A DNA stretch of 64,000 nt from Spirochaetales bacterium (GCA_024233785.1 JACKPD010000013.1:665-64664), one strand, 5' to 3'. Positions 19,522-30,954 are shown, counted from the first letter of the stretch. Notes: generated by a model not told the origin, from the letters alone. Translations and numbers: made by a program.

Positions 19522-20937
19522 ATGATGTGGAAAGATGTTTTAAATAACTCTGATAAAAAGAAAAAATATATAAATTATGTAAATGACTGGGAACAGAAAA
19601 TACATTCATTTCTTGAATTTGACCCTGAAAGAACCTCTGCGGAATCTTTATCCGGGGGCGGCCGGTTTTCCGGAGTACCCTATGCCGTAAAGGATAATAT
19701 CGCTGTAAAGGATTACCGCCTTACATGCGGGTCAAAAATACTCGAGAATTTTGTTTCTCCGTATGACGCGGACGTTATCGGAAAATTACACTCATCCGGC
19801 GCTGTCCCGGTCGCGAAGTGCAATATGGATGAGTTCGGGATGGGCTCTTCCACTGATAATTCAGCCCTTGCTGTTACCAATAACCCGTGGGATACCGGGC
19901 GTGTCTCCGGCGGCTCAAGCGGCGGCGCTGCGGCGGCTGTAGCTGCGGGACTTGTCCCTTTTTCACTTGGTTCAGACACCGGCGGTTCTGTCCGCCAGCC
20001 GGCTTCCTTCTGCGGAGTTTACGGGCTTAAGCCTACCTACGGCGCGGTTTCCCGCTACGGCCTTGTCGCTTACGCGTCCTCCCTTGACGTTATCGGAGTT
20101 CTTTCAAGAGACCTGAACCTGCTGGGGGATGTTTTTGACATGATCAAAGGACAGGATGAGAAAGACCAGACTACTGTTAAACTTGACCCTGACCTTCCAT
20201 CAGATTTACAGATAGATGACGGGAAACCGGTATTCGGTTATCTCGGCGGCGACCTTGGACTTGATAAGTCAGTTGAAGCAGGATACAGAAACTGCATAGA
20301 TATGCTCATTAAACAGGGATACAGCGTAAAAGAGATTTCAATACCGGCACTTGATTATGTTATCCCCGCCTATTATACGATTGCGACGGCAGAGGCAAGC
20401 GCGAACCTTGCAAGGTTCAACGGCGTTAGATACGGTTACAGAAGCAAAGGGGCGGAAACGCCTCTTGACCTGATGAAAAAAACAAGACATGAGGGCTTCG
20501 GCGACGAGGTGAAACTCAGGATACTGCTTGGCACATATGTTTTAAGGAGCGGCTTCCAGGACAGGTACTATATAAAGGCACAGAAGATAAGGACAAAAAT
20601 CATAAACGATCTTGCCTCGCTTTTTAAGACAATTGAACTGCTTATCCTCCCTGCTTTCCCGACTCCGGCTTTCAGGCACGGAGAGGCAGAACTTACCCAG
20701 TATCAGCAGAAAGTGGCAGACAAGTTTACAGCTACAGCAAATCTCGCAGGTATTCCCGCTTTAAGTTTTCCTGCCGGAGTATACGGGGGACTTCCCGTAG
20801 GCTTGCAGCTTTTTGCTCCCCACTCAAGGGAAAAGCTTCTTCTTAAAGGGGCTGCGATTATAGGAAGGGAAATCCCTGTTCCCGAGGTTCCCGGCTACAG
20901 GAGCATTGAAGATATCTGCGGCGGACAGGGGCGGTAA
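19522..20937 (+). CDS. gatA: Asp/Glu-tRNA amidotransferase subunit A
   Basis: Amidase signature GGSSGGAAAAVA...GSDTGGSVRQPA. Confidence 0.95.
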   Translation: MMWKDVLNNSDKKKKYINYVNDWEQKIHSFLEFDPERTSAESLSGGGRFSGVPYAVKDNIAVKDYRLTCGSKILENFVSPYDADVIGKLHSSGAVPVAKCNMDEFGMGSSTDNSALAVTNNPWDTGRVSGGSSGGAAAAVAAGLVPFSLGSDTGGSVRQPASFCGVYGLKPTYGAVSRYGLVAYASSLDVIGVLSRDLNLLGDVFDMIKGQDEKDQTTVKLDPDLPSDLQIDDGKPVFGYLGGDLGLDKSVEAGYRNCIDMLIKQGYSVKEISIPALDYVIPAYYTIATAEASANLARFNGVRYGYRSKGAETPLDLMKKTRHEGFGDEVKLRILLGTYVLRSGFQDRYYIKAQKIRTKIINDLASLFKTIELLILPAFPTPAFRHGEAELTQYQQKVADKFTATANLAGIPALSFPAGVYGGLPVGLQLFAPHSREKLLLKGAAIIGREIPVPEVPGYRSIEDICGGQGR

Positions 20938-20939
20938 TT

Positions 20940-22403
20940 ATGGATAAACAAGATAAAACAGATAAAAAAGATAAAACAGTGTTTGAGACATTTATCGGTC
21001 TTGAAATACATATTCAGCTTATTACTCAGACCAAGATATTCTGCGGCTGCAGGAACTCTTTCGGGGATCCTCCAAACACGAATGTATGCCCGGTCTGCAT
21101 GGGTTATCCCGGTGTTCTTCCTGTATTGAACGAAGAGGCGGTCCGCAAGTCATATCTCATGTGCCTTGCTTTAAACTGCACCTTGAGTGAAAAAGCGGTC
21201 TTTGACAGGAAAAACTATTTTTATCCGGACCTTCCAAAGAACTACCAGATATCGCAGTTTGAACATCCCTTCGGTATAAACGGATATGTTGAAACAACCC
21301 TGCCGGACGGGCAGGCCAAGCGTATAAGAATTCACGAAGCCCACCTTGAAGAGGACGCGGGAAAGATGATTCATGAAGGGGCGGTATCGCTGTGCGATTT
21401 TAACAGAACTGGAACGCCGCTGCTGGAGATTGTAACTGAGCCTGATTTCAAGTCAGGGGAAGAGGTTGAATCCTTCCTTCAGGATTTCAGGAGGATGATA
21501 AGATATTTAGGAGTCTCCGACGGCAACATGGAAGAAGGCTCGATGAGATGCGACGCGAACATTTCAATCAACTACCCGGGAAAAGGGCTCGGCCGGAAGG
21601 TAGAGATAAAAAACCTCAACTCCTCCCGCCATGTCAAGCTTGCAATCCAGCATGAAGAGATAAGACAGGCAAAGATGATCCGGTCTGGAGAGACAATAAT
21701 CCAGGAAACCCGGCTCTGGAACGAGGAGAAAAAAAGAACAGAAAGCATGAGGTCAAAGGAAGATGCCAACGACTACAGGTATTTTCCTGAACCTGATCTG
21801 CCTCCTTTTATTCCGACAGCCTCCTTTATCGATGAAATAAGGGAAAATCTTGTCGAACTTCCACATTTGAGAAGGAAAAGGTTTATTACTGAATATAACC
21901 TGCCGTCAGAAACCGCGGAATTCCTTACTGACGAAAAAGGGCGGGCGGATTTTTATGAAAGTGTATGCAAAGAAGGGACTGATCCGCAGACAGCCGCATC
22001 CTGGGTAAAAGGGGATGTCGCAAAAGTACTTAACAGGGAGAAGATGGATATAACATCAAGCCCTCTTACCGCGGAGCGCCTTGTATCGCTTCTTAAAATA
22101 CTTGATGAGGGGAAAATTAACGGACAGACAGCCAAGAAAGTCCTTGATATGATAATCACTGAAAACAGGGACCCGGTTTCTATAATCACCGAGCACAGCC
22201 TTGAGCAGCTTGATAATTCTGATGAGCTTTCTTCCATTATTGACAGTGTCCTTGCGCAGAGCAGCGCGGCTCTGGAGCAGATAAAGTCAGGCGACATGAA
22301 ACCGGTAGGGTTCCTGATCGGACAGGTGATGAAACTCTCAGGCGGAAAAGCTGATCCCAAAAAGACAAAAGAAATGATAATGGAAAAAATATCGGCATTG
22401 TAA
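20940..22403 (+). CDS. gatB: Asp/Glu-tRNA amidotransferase subunit B
   Basis: FETFIGLEIHIQL, PVCMGYPGVLP and a C-terminal GatB/YqeY domain. It has a short Asp/Lys-rich N-terminal extension. Confidence 0.95.
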   Translation: MDKQDKTDKKDKTVFETFIGLEIHIQLITQTKIFCGCRNSFGDPPNTNVCPVCMGYPGVLPVLNEEAVRKSYLMCLALNCTLSEKAVFDRKNYFYPDLPKNYQISQFEHPFGINGYVETTLPDGQAKRIRIHEAHLEEDAGKMIHEGAVSLCDFNRTGTPLLEIVTEPDFKSGEEVESFLQDFRRMIRYLGVSDGNMEEGSMRCDANISINYPGKGLGRKVEIKNLNSSRHVKLAIQHEEIRQAKMIRSGETIIQETRLWNEEKKRTESMRSKEDANDYRYFPEPDLPPFIPTASFIDEIRENLVELPHLRRKRFITEYNLPSETAEFLTDEKGRADFYESVCKEGTDPQTAASWVKGDVAKVLNREKMDITSSPLTAERLVSLLKILDEGKINGQTAKKVLDMIITENRDPVSIITEHSLEQLDNSDELSSIIDSVLAQSSAALEQIKSGDMKPVGFLIGQVMKLSGGKADPKKTKEMIMEKISAL

Positions 22404-22478
22404 TTCAGGTAATGCCGGAAATATACGGCATGAAAAAATAGTTTAAAAAGATATACAGACTAAAACAGGACAGACAGA

Positions 22479-24257
22479 ATGAAAATAAAAAGAAACAGTA
22501 CTTGCGGAAGCCTTGAAATAAAGGATACGGGTAAAGAAGTTATATTAAGCGGCTGGGTTGAAAACTACCGCGACCACGGCGGAATTATCTTTATAGATCT
22601 TTATGACAGATGGGGAATGACCCAGGTCGTCTTTGATCCGGAGGTTTCCGGAAAAGATGCCCACGCGACGGCAGGTATCCTGAGAAGCCAGTTTGTCGTA
22701 TCAGTGCGGGGAGAAGTGAGAAAACGCCCTGAAGGTTCTGAAAATACAAAACTCGCGACAGGCTATATCGAAGTTTACGCCAAAGAGATTGAGGTATTAA
22801 ACGAATCAAAAACACCACCCTTTGATGTGTATCACGCATCAGCTGTTAACGAAGAGTCGAGACTTAAATACAGGTATCTTGATCTAAAAAATTCAAAACT
22901 CCAGAAATCAATGATTTTCAGGAGCAGCCTTACAAATACAATAAGAAATTATTTTTTTGAAAATGATTTCATTGATGTTGAAACGCCTATTCTCACCAAA
23001 TCCACCCCCGAAGGGGCGCGTGATTACCTTGTCCCCAGCCGTGTAAACCCGGGGAAATTCTTCGCGCTTCCGCAGAGTCCCCAGCTTTTCAAACAGATGC
23101 TGATGACAGCGGGCTATGACAAATATATACAGATCGCAAGGTGCTTCAGGGATGAGGACTTAAGGGCGGACAGGCAGCCCGAGTTTACCCAGGTTGACCT
23201 TGAGATGTCTTTTGTCGACAGGGAAGATGTAATAAAAATAGTGGAAGGGCTGTTTAAGGAAATTTACAGCAAACATCTCGGCCGGCAGCTGGATCTTCCT
23301 CTGAAGAGGATAACATACGACGAGGCTATGCTCAAATACGGGTGCGACGCGCCTGACCTCAGGTTCGGCCTTGAGATAACTGAACTTTCCGATATTTTTG
23401 AGAAGACAGAGTTTGCTGTCTTTAAAGGGGCCCTGGCGCAAAAGGGAAAGATAAGGGGAATTAACCTTAAGGGCTTAAGCAGTCAGCTCACAAGAAAAGA
23501 CCTTGATTATATGACCGAGTTTGTAAAACCCCTGCGTGGGAAAGGGGTTGCATGGATAAGGATGAACGATGACGGCCCCCAGTCCCCCATAATTAAATTC
23601 TTTACCGATGATGAGGCTGAGGCGCTTTATAAAAGGATGAACGCCGAGACAGGCGATGTTCTTATCTTCCTTGCTGACAGGGAAAAAATTGTCTGCAGCT
23701 GCCTTTCGGAACTCAGAAAATTTTTCGCTAAAAAATGCTCCCTTTACAGTGAAGGCGATATGAGTCTTATATGGGTAATTGATTTCCCGATGTTCGGCCC
23801 CGGTGAAAAAGGGAAGCCTGAAGTCCTTCATCACCCGTTTACTTCACCCAAGCCTGAAGATATCTCCAAACTTGACAGCGATATTTATGCGGTAAAGACA
23901 AATGCCTATGACATTGTTTTAAACGGCCATGAGGTAGGGGGAGGAAGCATCAGAATGCACAGCTCATCCCTTCAGAGAAAGATCCTTGAGATAATCGGCA
24001 TAGGCAATGAGGACGCGGAGAGGCAGTTCGGCTACCTTCTCGAAGCCCTTGATTACGGAACGCCTCCCCACGGCGGGCTTGCGCTCGGCCTCGACAGGAT
24101 GGTAATGCTGCTGCTCGGGCTTGATTCGATCAGGGATGTCATAGCTTTTCCCAAGACACAGAAGGCAACATGTCTTCTCACAAACGCTCCTTCATCTGTA
24201 GCGGATGAACAGCTGGAAGAGCTTTCAATTGAAACAGTTCTGCCTGAGAATGAATAA
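22479..24257 (+). CDS. aspS: Aspartate--tRNA ligase
   Basis: Class IIb motifs ([28 protein letters not shown]). Bacterial type, 592 aa. Confidence 0.95.
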   Translation: MKIKRNSTCGSLEIKDTGKEVILSGWVENYRDHGGIIFIDLYDRWGMTQVVFDPEVSGKDAHATAGILRSQFVVSVRGEVRKRPEGSENTKLATGYIEVYAKEIEVLNESKTPPFDVYHASAVNEESRLKYRYLDLKNSKLQKSMIFRSSLTNTIRNYFFENDFIDVETPILTKSTPEGARDYLVPSRVNPGKFFALPQSPQLFKQMLMTAGYDKYIQIARCFRDEDLRADRQPEFTQVDLEMSFVDREDVIKIVEGLFKEIYSKHLGRQLDLPLKRITYDEAMLKYGCDAPDLRFGLEITELSDIFEKTEFAVFKGALAQKGKIRGINLKGLSSQLTRKDLDYMTEFVKPLRGKGVAWIRMNDDGPQSPIIKFFTDDEAEALYKRMNAETGDVLIFLADREKIVCSCLSELRKFFAKKCSLYSEGDMSLIWVIDFPMFGPGEKGKPEVLHHPFTSPKPEDISKLDSDIYAVKTNAYDIVLNGHEVGGGSIRMHSSSLQRKILEIIGIGNEDAERQFGYLLEALDYGTPPHGGLALGLDRMVMLLLGLDSIRDVIAFPKTQKATCLLTNAPSSVADEQLEELSIETVLPENE

Positions 24258-24362
24258 ACGGAACTGATCCGTCAACTACCCCCGGCTGTCAAGGCAGCCG
24301 GGCGGCTTAACAGGCTGATTTTAGTTGTCACACAGCCTGGAACGCAATATACTCAAGGTATT

Positions 24363-24767
24363 ATGGACAATGAAAAAGTCAGCAGAATATTTTCAAAAGA
24401 TAAATTTGCCCTTGCTTCCGGCATAACACTTATTTCCATAGGTGACGGAGAAGCATCAGCTTCTGTTAATGTTGAGGAAAAACATTACAACGGGGTCGGG
24501 ATTGTCCAGGGCGGACTTATATTTACACTGGCGGATTTTGCATTTGCCGCAGCCTCAAATTCGCGGGGCAGAACAGCGGTAGCGGTAAGGTGCGATATTA
24601 GCTACATAAAGCCAGTCAAGGGCGGCACTCTGACTGCAAGTGCAAAAGAGGTCTCCTGCGGGAATAAAATATCAAACTACCGCGTCAAGATAAATGACGG
24701 TACCGGTGACCTTGTAGCTGTTTTTAACGGCACAGCATACCGTAAGGATGATAATAACGGCAATTGA
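24363..24767 (+). CDS. PaaI-family hotdog-fold thioesterase
   Basis: 134 aa with the GIVQGGLIFTLADFAFAAA motif. Confidence 0.8.
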   Translation: MDNEKVSRIFSKDKFALASGITLISIGDGEASASVNVEEKHYNGVGIVQGGLIFTLADFAFAAASNSRGRTAVAVRCDISYIKPVKGGTLTASAKEVSCGNKISNYRVKINDGTGDLVAVFNGTAYRKDDNNGN

Positions 24768-24837
24768 AAATACTTCCGCCGGCACACGCAATATAATCTG
24801 AATCACGTTTATCCGCATACCGGCAGAAGAATATCTG

Positions 24838-27800
24838 CTAAGCCTTGATTTTACCTGTAAAAATACCTTTTATATCCCTGACAATAAGGAACAGTGACGG
24901 TATAAGAAAGAGCGTAACTATTGTTGCGAAAATAAGTCCGTATGCGATAGCAGTAACTACCGGAACAAGGCTTTTGACATCGCCGCCGATTCCGTAAACA
25001 GACGGAAGCAGACCTGCAACTGTAGTTATCGTGGTGAGTATTATCGGCCTCAGCCTCTGTTTTGCCCCTTCCGCTATCCATTCCTTAAGCTGAGCTATAC
25101 CAGCGTTACTTTCACTCATCAGCTTGTTTATAAAAGAAACCATTACTACGCTGTCATTTACCACAACACCGCTTAAGCCTATCATACCGATCAGCCCCAT
25201 GAATGAAAGAGGCATGTTGTGAAAAACAAACGCCAGAAGCGCCCCGATAATACCGAAAGGTATTGTAAGCAATACAATAAGGGGCTGTTCTATCTTCCCG
25301 AAAAGAAGGACCAGCAGGAAATATATTAGTACAAGCGCTATTAAAAACGCGAAACTCAGGTCTGAAACTGATTCCGCTGTTTCCTCTGCCTCTCCCTTGA
25401 TTATGAGTCTTGTTCCGCTGTATCTGTCTGAGATATTGCTGAAATTTTCTTTTACTTCTTTTGTTACCATATTGGCTGTTGTAACGTTTTTATCTACCCG
25501 TGAAGTAAGTGTAATAACCCTGTCCCCGTTAAAGTGATTAATAATTGAGGGGCTGTTCCCTGTTTTGATGGATGCTATCTGGCCAAGCCTGATAAGCCTC
25601 CCTTTCGCGTTAGGGATAAGAAGGCCTTCAAGGAATTTTACGTCCCTTTTGAAGTTCTCATCTATCTGTACACGGAAATCTAGTTTTTCCTTTTCTGTCT
25701 GGATTGATGTCGCGACTGTTCCGTCATACGCTGTTTTAACAGCCCTGGCGACCGAAGCCACATCAAGCTCCAGTTTGGCAAGCTCTGAATAGTTGAAATT
25801 AATTATGAGCTCCTGCTTGCCCGGCTTCTGGTCTGTCTCGAGGTCAAGCACGCCCGGCAGCTCTTTCATGAAAGATTCAATCTCCCCTGCCGCCCCGGCC
25901 CTTGCGACTGAATCGCCTCCCGCGATTTTTATTTCAACAAGTCCGCTTGCTGACGGGCCGATGGACTGCTTCGCGAACAGTATTTTCTCAAACCCCTTTA
26001 TCTGCTGCTGTTTTATTTCCTTGTTTACCGCCTTCATGATGTCCTCAACGCTTCTGGAGCGTTCTGCCTGGGGAACCAGATAAACAGTAATCTGCGACCA
26101 GTTGACATGGTTGCCCTGTGAGCTTGTTCTCTTGACCGTGTGGTGGCCGATGTTTGTCTTAAGGGAGTAAAGCTCGTCCTTTTTAATTGTTTTTAATGTA
26201 ACCTCTTCAATGAGCGCGGTCCTTTGTGAAGTTGTCTCAAGTGATGTCCCTTCCGGTGTCTCAAGATTAATAAAAAAGGCATCTGCCGTGTTGTCCCACA
26301 TTAACACAAAGTTCTTTATGTTGTCCCTGGACAGGTAAAGGGTAAAACCCAGAGTCGCTATAAAAAACAGCAGAATAAGGTACCTGAATTTCAGGAGAAC
26401 AAGAAGAAGTTTTTTATACAGTTCCGCAAAGCTGTCAAATCTTGAGATTTTCTCTGCAGAGGATGTATCCCCGGCAGCGGTATCCTTGTGCTTCCTGCGC
26501 CCGTTATGGGAGAGGTGCCCGGGGAGAATAAACACAGCTTCAAGAAATGAGAGGAGCAAAGCAGCCGAGATTATTACCGGATAAACCCTGATGAATTTTC
26601 CCATTGTCCCGCCGATGTAGAGCAGAGGCAGGAATGCCGCAATTGTTGTCAGGATAGTTATTACTACGGGAGATAAAACCTCTTTTACACCGGCAAGCGT
26701 TGCTTCAACCGGAGGCAGCCCTTTTTTCCTGTATAAAAAAATACTCTCGGCAATTACTATCCCGTGGTCAACAAGCATCCCAAGAACAGTAATTACAGCG
26801 CCGAGTGTAATCAGGTCAAGTGAATAATCCATTATGTTGAAAAAGACAAACAGCATCATAAGCGTTGTAGGAATTCCGAATGCTGTCCAGAAGGCTGTCC
26901 TGAAATCAAGAAAAATAAGCATAATGATAAAAACAAGTACAAACCCCATTACAGCGTTGGAAGCCACAACACTTAAAAGGCTTCTTATTGAAAGCGACCT
27001 GTCATCGATGTTATTAATGACTATCCCTTCAGGAACCGCAGTTTTTTCCTTTTCAAGGAATTGTTTTATATTGTCAACTGTTGTTACTACACCGGCATCC
27101 TCTTTTTTCACTATGCTGAATGTAATTCCCCTCTCGTTGTTGACCCTTACAAGTACGGCCTGTTTTTTAAAGCTGTCTGTGACCTCAGCCACATCCTCGA
27201 TCCTGAGAGCCGGCCTTTCAAAAGTTGAGCGTATTATTACACGGCCTGCATCCATCGGATCATCAAACTGGCCTATCGTTACAATACTCTGTTCCTTCTG
27301 TACAGACTGTAGTGTTCCGCCTGTCGCCCTTATGTTTCTGTTTTCAATACTTTTAATTATTTCATTCAGGGATACATATTTTTCCTTAAGGCTGTACGGA
27401 TTGACATTGATTTTAATTTCCCTCTCGCTGACTCCACCTGTCTTGACCTCTCCTACACCCTGTATGTCCTTGATTTTTTCTTCAAGCAGGAGAGCGTAAT
27501 CAAGAAACTCTCTTTCTGTTATGCCGCTCCCCTCCTTTACTGTTATTCCGAATGAATAAACTGACATCATTTTCGGATTGACATCAGTAATGGTTATTTC
27601 CTCGACCTCAGGGGTCACCCCTTTTGTCGACGTTCCGATTTCCCTGTAAATCTGGTCCTTTACGCTTTTTACATCGCTTAAATCCTGGTCGAGGTAAACA
27701 TATACTGTTCCCCCGTTTTCAACTGAAAGAGATACTGTATCCGCAATACCCGGGATCAGGGAGAGCTGGTCTTCTATGGGGATAACCGCATTTATCTCTG

Positions 27801-27990
27801 AATCCTTTGGGCTTGCTCCCGGATAATTAATATCAATAATCATTGTATTCATGTCTGTGGAAGGGAATATGTCCTGGTTAAGGTTCAGAAAACTGAATAC
27901 CCCAATCAGAAGGATAAGTATAAGTATAAAGCCGGTAACTGCCCTGTTTTCTATAAAATATTTTAATGCCTTTTCCATGTTCATCTCCAT
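24838..27990 (-). CDS. RND-superfamily efflux transporter permease (AcrB/AcrD/AcrF family)
   Basis: 1050 aa with 12 TM helices and two large periplasmic loops. The start could be any of three ATGs (27990, 27984, 27978). It overlaps the TolC-like gene stop. Confidence 0.9.
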   Translation of the reverse strand: MEMNMEKALKYFIENRAVTGFILILILLIGVFSFLNLNQDIFPSTDMNTMIIDINYPGASPKDSEINAVIPIEDQLSLIPGIADTVSLSVENGGTVYVYLDQDLSDVKSVKDQIYREIGTSTKGVTPEVEEITITDVNPKMMSVYSFGITVKEGSGITEREFLDYALLLEEKIKDIQGVGEVKTGGVSEREIKINVNPYSLKEKYVSLNEIIKSIENRNIRATGGTLQSVQKEQSIVTIGQFDDPMDAGRVIIRSTFERPALRIEDVAEVTDSFKKQAVLVRVNNERGITFSIVKKEDAGVVTTVDNIKQFLEKEKTAVPEGIVINNIDDRSLSIRSLLSVVASNAVMGFVLVFIIMLIFLDFRTAFWTAFGIPTTLMMLFVFFNIMDYSLDLITLGAVITVLGMLVDHGIVIAESIFLYRKKGLPPVEATLAGVKEVLSPVVITILTTIAAFLPLLYIGGTMGKFIRVYPVIISAALLLSFLEAVFILPGHLSHNGRRKHKDTAAGDTSSAEKISRFDSFAELYKKLLLVLLKFRYLILLFFIATLGFTLYLSRDNIKNFVLMWDNTADAFFINLETPEGTSLETTSQRTALIEEVTLKTIKKDELYSLKTNIGHHTVKRTSSQGNHVNWSQITVYLVPQAERSRSVEDIMKAVNKEIKQQQIKGFEKILFAKQSIGPSASGLVEIKIAGGDSVARAGAAGEIESFMKELPGVLDLETDQKPGKQELIINFNYSELAKLELDVASVARAVKTAYDGTVATSIQTEKEKLDFRVQIDENFKRDVKFLEGLLIPNAKGRLIRLGQIASIKTGNSPSIINHFNGDRVITLTSRVDKNVTTANMVTKEVKENFSNISDRYSGTRLIIKGEAEETAESVSDLSFAFLIALVLIYFLLVLLFGKIEQPLIVLLTIPFGIIGALLAFVFHNMPLSFMGLIGMIGLSGVVVNDSVVMVSFINKLMSESNAGIAQLKEWIAEGAKQRLRPIILTTITTVAGLLPSVYGIGGDVKSLVPVVTAIAYGLIFATIVTLFLIPSLFLIVRDIKGIFTGKIKA

Positions 27991-29417
27991 GCCTTTTTAT
28001 CAATACTGCTGAAACTGTCTGTAAGTTCCATCGCCTGAAATCTTGTTTTATGATAACTGAAAAGTTTTTCAAGTATTTTAATCTGCTGAAGCGTCTCATT
28101 ATCAAGACTCTGTGTTATATAAATAAGCTGGCCCCTTCCCTGGTTGTAGTATTTCCTCTCTTCCTCTGTTTTCTGTTTTGCTATAGCTGCAAGCTCATTC
28201 TGATTGATTATATAATTTCTGTCCTGGTTAAGCTGGGTAACAAGTGAATTCCTGAGTGAATCAAGCCTGAACAGCAGGTTCTCCCTGTCTGCCGAATTCT
28301 TTTCCTCAAGCAGGGAATTTTCTTCTATCTGCAGATCAACAGTTTTTTTATTTAATGCGCCTGAAAAAGCAAGGCTTACTGACGCGGTCGGAGTCATTCC
28401 TGAAAGGGAATCCGGCCAGGTTATTTCTTTACTTGATGCTCCTATGCTTACATTCAGGTCAAGCGCCGGGTCTTTTAAATAAGAGAGTCTGCGGCGCAGT
28501 AATGCAAGCTTTTCCTTTTCAAGTTCAATAATATTAAAAGCCCTGGTTGAGAGAAGGCTTTCACCTGTTATCTTGTTTTCGATTTCAGGATCGATTGCGT
28601 AAAAATCGAAAACCGGTTTTGAACTGCTGTCAAGGCCCAGATCCAGTCTGTCCTCAAGGCTGTTTCTCAGCCTTTCAAGCTGATATTCGGCCTGCGACAG
28701 CGCCTGTCTGCTGTTTAAGAGTGATTCCCTGCTCCGCAGTACGTCTATCTCATCCACAAGATTGTTTTTAAATCTCAGTTCAACCTGCTTCAGGAGATCG
28801 CCTGAAAAAGCAACCCTTTCCCTGAGAAGGGCAGTCACTTCATCGAGGTAAACCCATTCAACAAAATCAAGTGAAAATTCAAGCAGTATCTTTTCCACAA
28901 GTTCAGTGTTGCCCAGATACGCAATCTCCAGGTCCCTGCCTGATGCTTCATAAAGCAGCTTCTGTTCTTTCATTCCCCTGTTTCTCAGAAGAGACTGTCT
29001 GTAAAAGGCTGATACCCCCTGCCTGTATAATTCCTCCTGCTGTTCCATTGAAATCGGATTGTGAAATTCCGCGGATGTAGAGGCGGTTATACCGCTTTCC
29101 CCCCCGCTTAATCCCAAAGGGGTGCTGAATGTGAAATCAGTACCGTAGATTGTGCTTGAATCGCTTTTATATTGGGAAGCCGCGGTTTCACCGAAATAAT
29201 TCGCAAAAGGTTTTATACTGTAAAGCCATTTATCCTGGGCTATAATCCCTTCAGTTCTGGCTTTGGAGGCTTCTTCCGCGAGGGTATATACCTTCAGCTG
29301 GGGATGTTTTTCTATAACCCTTTCAATGAAATCATTTAGAGTGATGTTTTCCGCAGTCAGCTGAAACAATGACGATGAATAAAAAAATATAAAAAACAGA
29401 ATTTTGAAATTCTTCAT
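27981..29417 (-). CDS. TolC-family outer-membrane efflux protein
   Basis: Signal peptide followed by a long coiled-coil repeat structure. Start moved to ATG 29417 (MKNFKILFF), preceded by GGGGGG. Confidence 0.8.
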   Translation of the reverse strand: MKNFKILFFIFFYSSSLFQLTAENITLNDFIERVIEKHPQLKVYTLAEEASKARTEGIIAQDKWLYSIKPFANYFGETAASQYKSDSSTIYGTDFTFSTPLGLSGGESGITASTSAEFHNPISMEQQEELYRQGVSAFYRQSLLRNRGMKEQKLLYEASGRDLEIAYLGNTELVEKILLEFSLDFVEWVYLDEVTALLRERVAFSGDLLKQVELRFKNNLVDEIDVLRSRESLLNSRQALSQAEYQLERLRNSLEDRLDLGLDSSSKPVFDFYAIDPEIENKITGESLLSTRAFNIIELEKEKLALLRRRLSYLKDPALDLNVSIGASSKEITWPDSLSGMTPTASVSLAFSGALNKKTVDLQIEENSLLEEKNSADRENLLFRLDSLRNSLVTQLNQDRNYIINQNELAAIAKQKTEEERKYYNQGRGQLIYITQSLDNETLQQIKILEKLFSYHKTRFQAMELTDSFSSIDKKAWR

Positions 29418-29584
29418 TTCCAATCCCCCCTTTTTTAAATTATAATATATATAAAAAAACATATATTGCCAAATTAATTAACCGTATTATAATATGATTA
29501 TAGATTATTTTTTTCCCGGCTGTTAAATTAATTATGGGATTTCGGGTTTTTATCGGGAATAACGTGATAAGTGAGGAAATGGGG

Positions 29585-30307
29585 ATGAAAAACAATTATA
29601 ACAGGCTGATTGCGGTCATGGTTCTGTCGGCATCAATTATTATCTCATCCATGGTTCTGGGTATATTTTTTTACAAGGCAAGGGCGGAAAAACCCTCCCT
29701 CATCGTAAAAGGGCTTGCCGAGAGAGAGGTCAAGGCAGACCTCGCGCTTTGGGAGATCAATTTCTCGGCAGGGGGCGATGACCCGGCAACGATACAGGGC
29801 AAGCTTGACCGCGACCGTGATGCGGTAGTCTCATTTATAAAGAAGCAGGGCTTTACAGAGGCGGAGATAATACCCGGCCGTCTTTTAATGATTGACAAAC
29901 TGGCTTACGGCTATTACCAGGAAGGGCAGAAGGGAGAAAGGTATCAGGTGCGGACCTCTGTAATACTCCGTTCTGAAAATGTTGACCTGATCGACAGGGT
30001 AAGCAGAATGACAGGCGACCTTGTGAAACTCGGGGTGGTCTTAAGCGAGAATTATACAGGACCATCATTTTTATTTACAAGACTCAATGAAATCAAGGGG
30101 GAGATGCTTGATGAGGCTGTAGTCAATGCGAGAAAAGCTGCTGATACTTTTGCCGCGAAAACCGGTTCTTCTATCGGGGGGATAAAAAATGCCAACCAGG
30201 GAGTTTTTTCAATTCTCCCCCGTGACATGACAGCCGGCGCGATGGAAGAGCATCAGATCTATAAAACAGTCAGGGTAGTATCGACTATTGATTATTATAT
30301 TAATTAA
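29585..30307 (+). CDS. SIMPL-domain (DUF541) protein
   Basis: N-terminal TM anchor, then GLAEREVKADLALWEINFSA and C-terminal VRVVSTIDYYI, typical of SIMPL/YggE. Start chosen at the ATG 7 nt after GTGAGGA. Confidence 0.7.
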   Translation: MKNNYNRLIAVMVLSASIIISSMVLGIFFYKARAEKPSLIVKGLAEREVKADLALWEINFSAGGDDPATIQGKLDRDRDAVVSFIKKQGFTEAEIIPGRLLMIDKLAYGYYQEGQKGERYQVRTSVILRSENVDLIDRVSRMTGDLVKLGVVLSENYTGPSFLFTRLNEIKGEMLDEAVVNARKAADTFAAKTGSSIGGIKNANQGVFSILPRDMTAGAMEEHQIYKTVRVVSTIDYYIN

Positions 30308-30465
30308 TAACTCAGAATTGCGAGTTTATGCGGATAAGGGTGAAAATAATAATAATCATTGCGTTATATTATTAATCTTATGGCATTTTAAGAATTTCCT
30401 TGCAGTTTTTGAGTTTATCTCTGATAATTAAATGTATCAAAGCAATAAAAAAACAGGAGTTCGAT

Positions 30466-30954
30466 ATGGATATGTATGAATATTCAATTCAGATGGAGAA
30501 AGATGCTGAACAGCTATATCTGGACCTTGCAGATAAAAGCAAGGTGGGCGGAATAAAAAAGGTATTTAAAATGCTTGCTGAGGATGAAGCATGGCACCAG
30601 AAAACAATTAAAAGCCTTCAGAAAAAAGCTGATGTAGATTCCAAAAAAGGATCTGCCAAAGCAATAGCTACTGTTTTTGAAGATATCAAGCATAATTTCA
30701 GAAATATCAAGCTTGAGGATTCTGCCGTAAAAGATTATGAAAGGGCTCTTGAGATTGAGAAAAAGGGAATTGAGCACTATAAAAAACAGTTCGCGGAAAC
30801 AAAAGATCAGAAAACAAAGGATTTATACGATCTTCTGATAAAGCAGGAATCCTATCACCTTAAAACAGTTGAAAATATTCTGGATATGGTCAGAAAGCCT
30901 GAATGGTGGGTGGAAAATGCTGAATTTACTCCTAAAGGCGATGACTATTACTGA
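30466..30954 (+). CDS. Ferritin-like/rubrerythrin-family di-iron protein
   Basis: Two E...ExxH-type motifs (EKDAEQLY...EDEAWH; EIEKKGIEHY...QESYH). Start at ATG 30466 after AGGAG. Confidence 0.7.
   Translation: MDMYEYSIQMEKDAEQLYLDLADKSKVGGIKKVFKMLAEDEAWHQKTIKSLQKKADVDSKKGSAKAIATVFEDIKHNFRNIKLEDSAVKDYERALEIEKKGIEHYKKQFAETKDQKTKDLYDLLIKQESYHLKTVENILDMVRKPEWWVENAEFTPKGDDYY

Noticed and set aside
20940-20981. A repetitive gataaaa-rich start of gatB encoding MDKQDKTDKKDKT could look like a tandem-repeat element.
   Set aside because: It is short, imperfect, in frame and continuous with a canonical GatB sequence. It is most simply a low-complexity N-terminal extension, or the true start lies slightly downstream.
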